From Cyanobacteriota bacterium (GTDB lineage Bacteria; Cyanobacteriota; Vampirovibrionia; Gastranaerophilales; UBA9971), in contig JAKLDH010000002.1 in the NCBI GenBank assembly GCA_022703625.1, forward strand, positions 1,462 through 65,461: 64,000 nt of DNA, read 5' to 3'. The notes beneath the pieces were generated by a model that saw nothing but the letters and a program-made list of their open reading frames with translations, did not search any database and was not told the DNA's origin. The translations under genes and the position numbers were made by a program. This document shows positions 61,233-64,000 of this stretch, piece by piece; positions within the stretch are counted from its first letter, which is position 1; each line of letters opens with the position of its first letter.

Positions 61233-61568
61233 CTAAAACAGGATTTTTTCGGCATAATGCTTGAGTTTTTGAATGTCCTCTTTGAAATTTCCTTCTGCAA
61301 CAGCCGGCTTGTTTTTGTAATCGCTTTTGTAAATCAGTCCTTCAGGTGTTTGCATAATGCTATATGGGATTGAATAAACCTGAATCCATTCATCATTTTT
61401 CAAAACATAGGCTCTGGCATAACACTGGCTGTGATAAGAATCTGATTTGATTTCAAGTTTTAATTTTTTATCTTCTATTTGATAGATTTCTCTGTAAGAT
61501 ATAGCTTGATTACTGGATTTATAGCAGACTTTTTCGATAATATCTTCTTTTAGTTTAACTTTAGCCAT
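61233..61568 (-). CDS. hypothetical protein, family shared with 41132..41455
   Basis: 111 aa, RBS aaggagag. Confidence 0.65.
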   Translation of the reverse strand: MAKVKLKEDIIEKVCYKSSNQAISYREIYQIEDKKLKLEIKSDSYHSQCYARAYVLKNDEWIQVYSIPYSIMQTPEGLIYKSDYKNKPAVAEGNFKEDIQKLKHYAEKILF

Positions 61569-61580
61569 TATTCTCTCTCC

Positions 61581-61844
61581 TTATATTTCAATTAAAAAGC
61601 TTTCAGGTATGTTAAGAGCTTTAAAATCTTGTTCTGTAATTTCGTTGTAAAGTCTTGCTGTCTTTATATCTTCTATGGTTCTTAGGTTATCAAGGTTTGT
61701 TGCGTATAATCTGCCGTTTGTGTCGATTACTTTAGCTCCTGTGGCATCAGGTGCGTCAACGTAGCCTAAGTTATATGTTTTTATTAATATTGCGATACTT
61801 TTCTTTTTGTAATCGTAAACCTTTGTACCGTATGCTAAATCCAT
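61581..61844 (-). CDS. hypothetical protein
   Basis: 87 aa, RBS caggag. Confidence 0.5.
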   Translation of the reverse strand: MDLAYGTKVYDYKKKSIAILIKTYNLGYVDAPDATGAKVIDTNGRLYATNLDNLRTIEDIKTARLYNEITEQDFKALNIPESFLIEI

Positions 61845-61869
61845 CTTTTTATCTCCTGTGTTCTGCTAA

Positions 61870-61886
61870 CATTGACAGTATGGCTC
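61870..61886 (-). promoter_or_regulatory. cassette leader L9 (degenerate subfamily A)
   Basis: The reverse complement is GAGCCATACTGTCAATG, followed by TTAGCAGAACACAGGAG. GATACGAAA lies about 60 nt upstream, as in L1. Confidence 0.35.
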
Positions 61887-61951
61887 TTCTTTCTCAAAAT
61901 GGAAGCCCAAAGTCGGAACTTTAGGCGTGTTTCGTATCAATAGGACATATT

Positions 61952-62104
61952 TTATTGCTTTTCCATTTCCTGAAGAGCCAAATTCAAGGAATTAATTGCA
62001 TTTTTAAGATTTTCTTTGTTTTCCTCATTCCAATCTTGAGTATCAATGGCTTCAAGAATTTCTTTAGCCTCAATTCCTTCTTTAATAGCTAGTTCAATGT
62101 TCAT
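61952..62104 (-). CDS. small acidic hypothetical protein (50 aa)
   Basis: Translated by eye: MNIELAIKEGIEAKEILEAIDTQDWNEENKENLKNAINSLNLALQEMEKQ. RBS taggag. It is headed by leader L10. Confidence 0.45.
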   Translation of the reverse strand: MNIELAIKEGIEAKEILEAIDTQDWNEENKENLKNAINSLNLALQEMEKQ

Positions 62105-62110
62105 TTGGTT

Positions 62111-62152
62111 TCTCCTATAATTACTAACCATCAGGAATTTTAGCTTGCAAAA
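62111..62152 (-). promoter_or_regulatory. cassette leader L10 (subfamily B-like)
   Basis: The reverse complement is TTTTGCAAGCTAAAATTCCTGATGGTTAGTAATTATAGGAGA. It aligns with L4 and L6. Confidence 0.4.
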
Positions 62153-62177
62153 CCCGAAAGTAAAGTCCTATGTGTTT

Positions 62178-62726
62178 TTATGATTCGGGAATATATTCCA
62201 TGGGATTAATAGGAATATTATTTTTCCTGATTTCAAAATGAATATGCGGTCCCGTTGACCTCCCTGTACTTCCCACAATTGCTATTTGTTGCCCTTGCGT
62301 TACTTTATCACCTTTTTTAGCCAACATTTTTGAGCAGTGGGCATATCGGGTTAAAAATGAATTATCATGCAGAATATCAACGCAAAGCCCATAAGCTCCA
62401 AATTCTTCCGCCCTAACCACAACTCCAGCCTTAGCTGCAAGAATAGGAGTTTTATTAGCCGGATTGTCCGCTATATCAATGCCTGAATGATAATAAGTTT
62501 CGCCTTTTGAGTTTTTTCTTTTTTCGCCAAATGGTGCTGATATTCTTCCCGTCATAGGTTTTATGAATTCTGCTTTTTCCTCTATTTTGCTTAACAGGCT
62601 GTTAATTGCAAAACTCAGGTTATTCCAGTTTTTGGAAAAGCCTGTAAAGCCTTCTTTTTCAAGTTTTTCTTTCTGAGATTTAATTTCTTTTATTGTAGGA
62701 ATTAGTTTTTCTAATGAATTTGCCAT
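62178..62726 (-). CDS. M23 family metallopeptidase (endolysin/tail lysin candidate)
   Basis: 182 aa. HSGIDIA and GSTGRSTGPHIHFEI are the M23 zinc-site motifs. Confidence 0.85.
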   Translation of the reverse strand: MANSLEKLIPTIKEIKSQKEKLEKEGFTGFSKNWNNLSFAINSLLSKIEEKAEFIKPMTGRISAPFGEKRKNSKGETYYHSGIDIADNPANKTPILAAKAGVVVRAEEFGAYGLCVDILHDNSFLTRYAHCSKMLAKKGDKVTQGQQIAIVGSTGRSTGPHIHFEIRKNNIPINPMEYIPES

Positions 62727-62734
62727 TTTCCCTC

Positions 62735-63325
62735 CTAATTAAGTGCCGTCCAGCTTGAGTTTGCATAAATGTAAACCTTGCTGTCAGTTGTGTTAAAGTA
62801 CATATCAATTCCCCAAGGCTCTGGATGCGATGCCTGAACTCCTCGCCAATTTGGTTTCTGGTCAATCTGGTCTTGAATTGATGACCTTGCGTTTGCAATA
62901 TAAGAAAGCTCTGTAGCTGAAACACTGCTTGCAGAAACTTTACCGCTTGAGTTTGAAATCAGGGCTTTATCCTGTGCGAGATTATTCTCAACTATTGTTG
63001 AAGCTCCGCCTGTAATACTTGCCTGCTTTGAATTAATCTGGTTTTGAACAGATGATGTAACACCTGATAAATGCCCGAGTTCTGTCGATGAAACCGAACT
63101 TGATATAACCTTGCCTGAAGCATCGCTAACAAGAGCCTTGCTTGCAGTTAAATTCGCATCAATCAAAGCTGATACCGCACCACTTGAAGCTCCGCCTTTT
63201 ACGACATTTTTTGCAGTTGCTTTTTTAGTAATTGGAGTGCCTGTCGGGTCATCGACTATCGGCAAAATGTCAGTATTTTCAACCGTTGTCAGTTCTGATA
63301 ATTGTGTAATTGTTTTGTCGCTCAT
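62735..63325 (-). CDS. tail fibre protein with tandem ~50-aa repeats
   Basis: 196 aa. Two repeats: LTASKALVSDASGKVISSSVSSTELGHLSGVTSSVQNQINSK and LAQDKALISNSSGKVSASSVSATELSYIANARSSIQDQIDQK. Confidence 0.7.
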   Translation of the reverse strand: MSDKTITQLSELTTVENTDILPIVDDPTGTPITKKATAKNVVKGGASSGAVSALIDANLTASKALVSDASGKVISSSVSSTELGHLSGVTSSVQNQINSKQASITGGASTIVENNLAQDKALISNSSGKVSASSVSATELSYIANARSSIQDQIDQKPNWRGVQASHPEPWGIDMYFNTTDSKVYIYANSSWTALN

Positions 63326-63339
63326 AAATCCTCCATAAA

Positions 63340-64000
63340 TTAACTTTGTATAAAATAATCTCCGTCATTAGTTATTAAATACCCGCTGGCATCTTCCAGC
63401 AGAACTCTTTGCGTTTTGTTGTTGTCCAGAACATTAACAGCAGGCGGAGCACTGCCTAAAATATCCTGATAAATCGACTCATTGTATTCTCTTGCAACGA
63501 TTTCGATAAAATCCTGCTGGGATTCAATCATCCTTATAATTCTGTATTTCTTATCAGAAAAACCTAAAATGTAGTCTGTCAGCTCAATTACATCTCCGAC
63601 AGTTCTATTCAAGCATTTTCTTGAAGTTTTAAAAGAGATAAACATCTGGCAGGTCTGGGATTGATTTAGGTAATACCACGCAAGCCTTGAAGCCTGATTA
63701 AAGTTTGTTACTCCGATTAAATCCTGAGTTTGAATAAAGGGGCGAGCTTGCCTTAAGTATTTATTAGCTTCTGCTCTGGCTTCAATAAAAGTCCATTGGT
63801 GTTCTTTGCTTCTAAATCTGATATTTACAATGTCAAATATCTCATCCATAGGAAGCCACCACGCTTTTAAGTCGTTGATGTCTTCGGCTGAGAGTTTTTG
63901 GCTGGCTGTTTCAGGCTTATCAATAAACACAAACCATTTATTATTCTGCTTAACCATATTGCCCCTGCAGGTTTTAAAGATTTCCATGCACCATTCAAGA
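63340..64000 (-). CDS. host-specificity (J-like) tail protein, C-terminal part (frame open to window edge)
   Basis: The frame stays open upstream of the listed Met to position 64000. The segment VGDVIELTD...KYRIIRMIE...IEIVAREYNESIY resembles the central tail fibre/J family. Confidence 0.55.
   Translation of the reverse strand, partial: LEWCMEIFKTCRGNMVKQNNKWFVFIDKPETASQKLSAEDINDLKAWWLPMDEIFDIVNIRFRSKEHQWTFIEARAEANKYLRQARPFIQTQDLIGVTNFNQASRLAWYYLNQSQTCQMFISFKTSRKCLNRTVGDVIELTDYILGFSDKKYRIIRMIESQQDFIEIVAREYNESIYQDILGSAPPAVNVLDNNKTQRVLLEDASGYLITNDGDYFIQS

Larger units (their letters stand above)
53559..64000. mobile_element. Mu-type transposable prophage 3 (classical early region; late region convergent; runs off window)
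   Basis: c-like repressor, ner-like, A, B, gemA and mor on plus. Accessory, M23 lysis, tail-fibre and J-like genes on minus. The right boundary lies outside the window and the left end is unresolved. Confidence 0.6.

Overview
AT-rich bacterial chromosomal segment with two very different halves. (1) 1-15.5 kb is a metal(loid) resistance island. It starts with secreted Cys-rich proteins and a CopA-type P1B ATPase. A tightly coupled minus-strand operon follows: arsR-arsR-arsP-like permease-hgcA-like-hgcB-like-acr3-arsC-thioredoxin-fold protein, then Trx-like/CcdA-like genes. This operon is divergent from arsA-arsD(fusion)-ccdA-like. No arsM is present. (2) 15.6-64 kb is a pile-up of Mu-type transposable-phage material. 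Prophage 1 (about 15.6-48.3 kb) has Mu-like head genes with an inverted terminase-to-gpG block, a P2-like contractile tail, an M15 endolysin, accessory cassettes, mor, and MuB/MuA-like genes. A second, head-to-head copy of the transposase-ATPase-third gene module lies at 49.3-52.6 kb. A third element has the classical c / ner / A / B / gemA / mor early region (53.6-58.7 kb). That early region converges on another accessory + M23 lysis + tail-fibre region that runs off the right edge. The most interesting observations are: (a) an hgcAB-like corrinoid/ferredoxin pair translationally coupled inside the ars operon next to an ArsP-like permease; (b) a family of conserved promoter-like leaders that head terminator-bounded small-gene cassettes shared by two different prophages; (c) the duplicated Mu-type transposition module with a stand-alone integrase core-binding (SAM-like) domain protein; (d) AT-rich cargo genes (AlbA_2/Schlafen-like, PD-(D/E)xK-like/DUF4268-like, HTH-fusion) that are candidate defence genes. 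No rRNA, tRNA or CRISPR array was seen. All functional calls rest on motifs read by eye; no database search was run.
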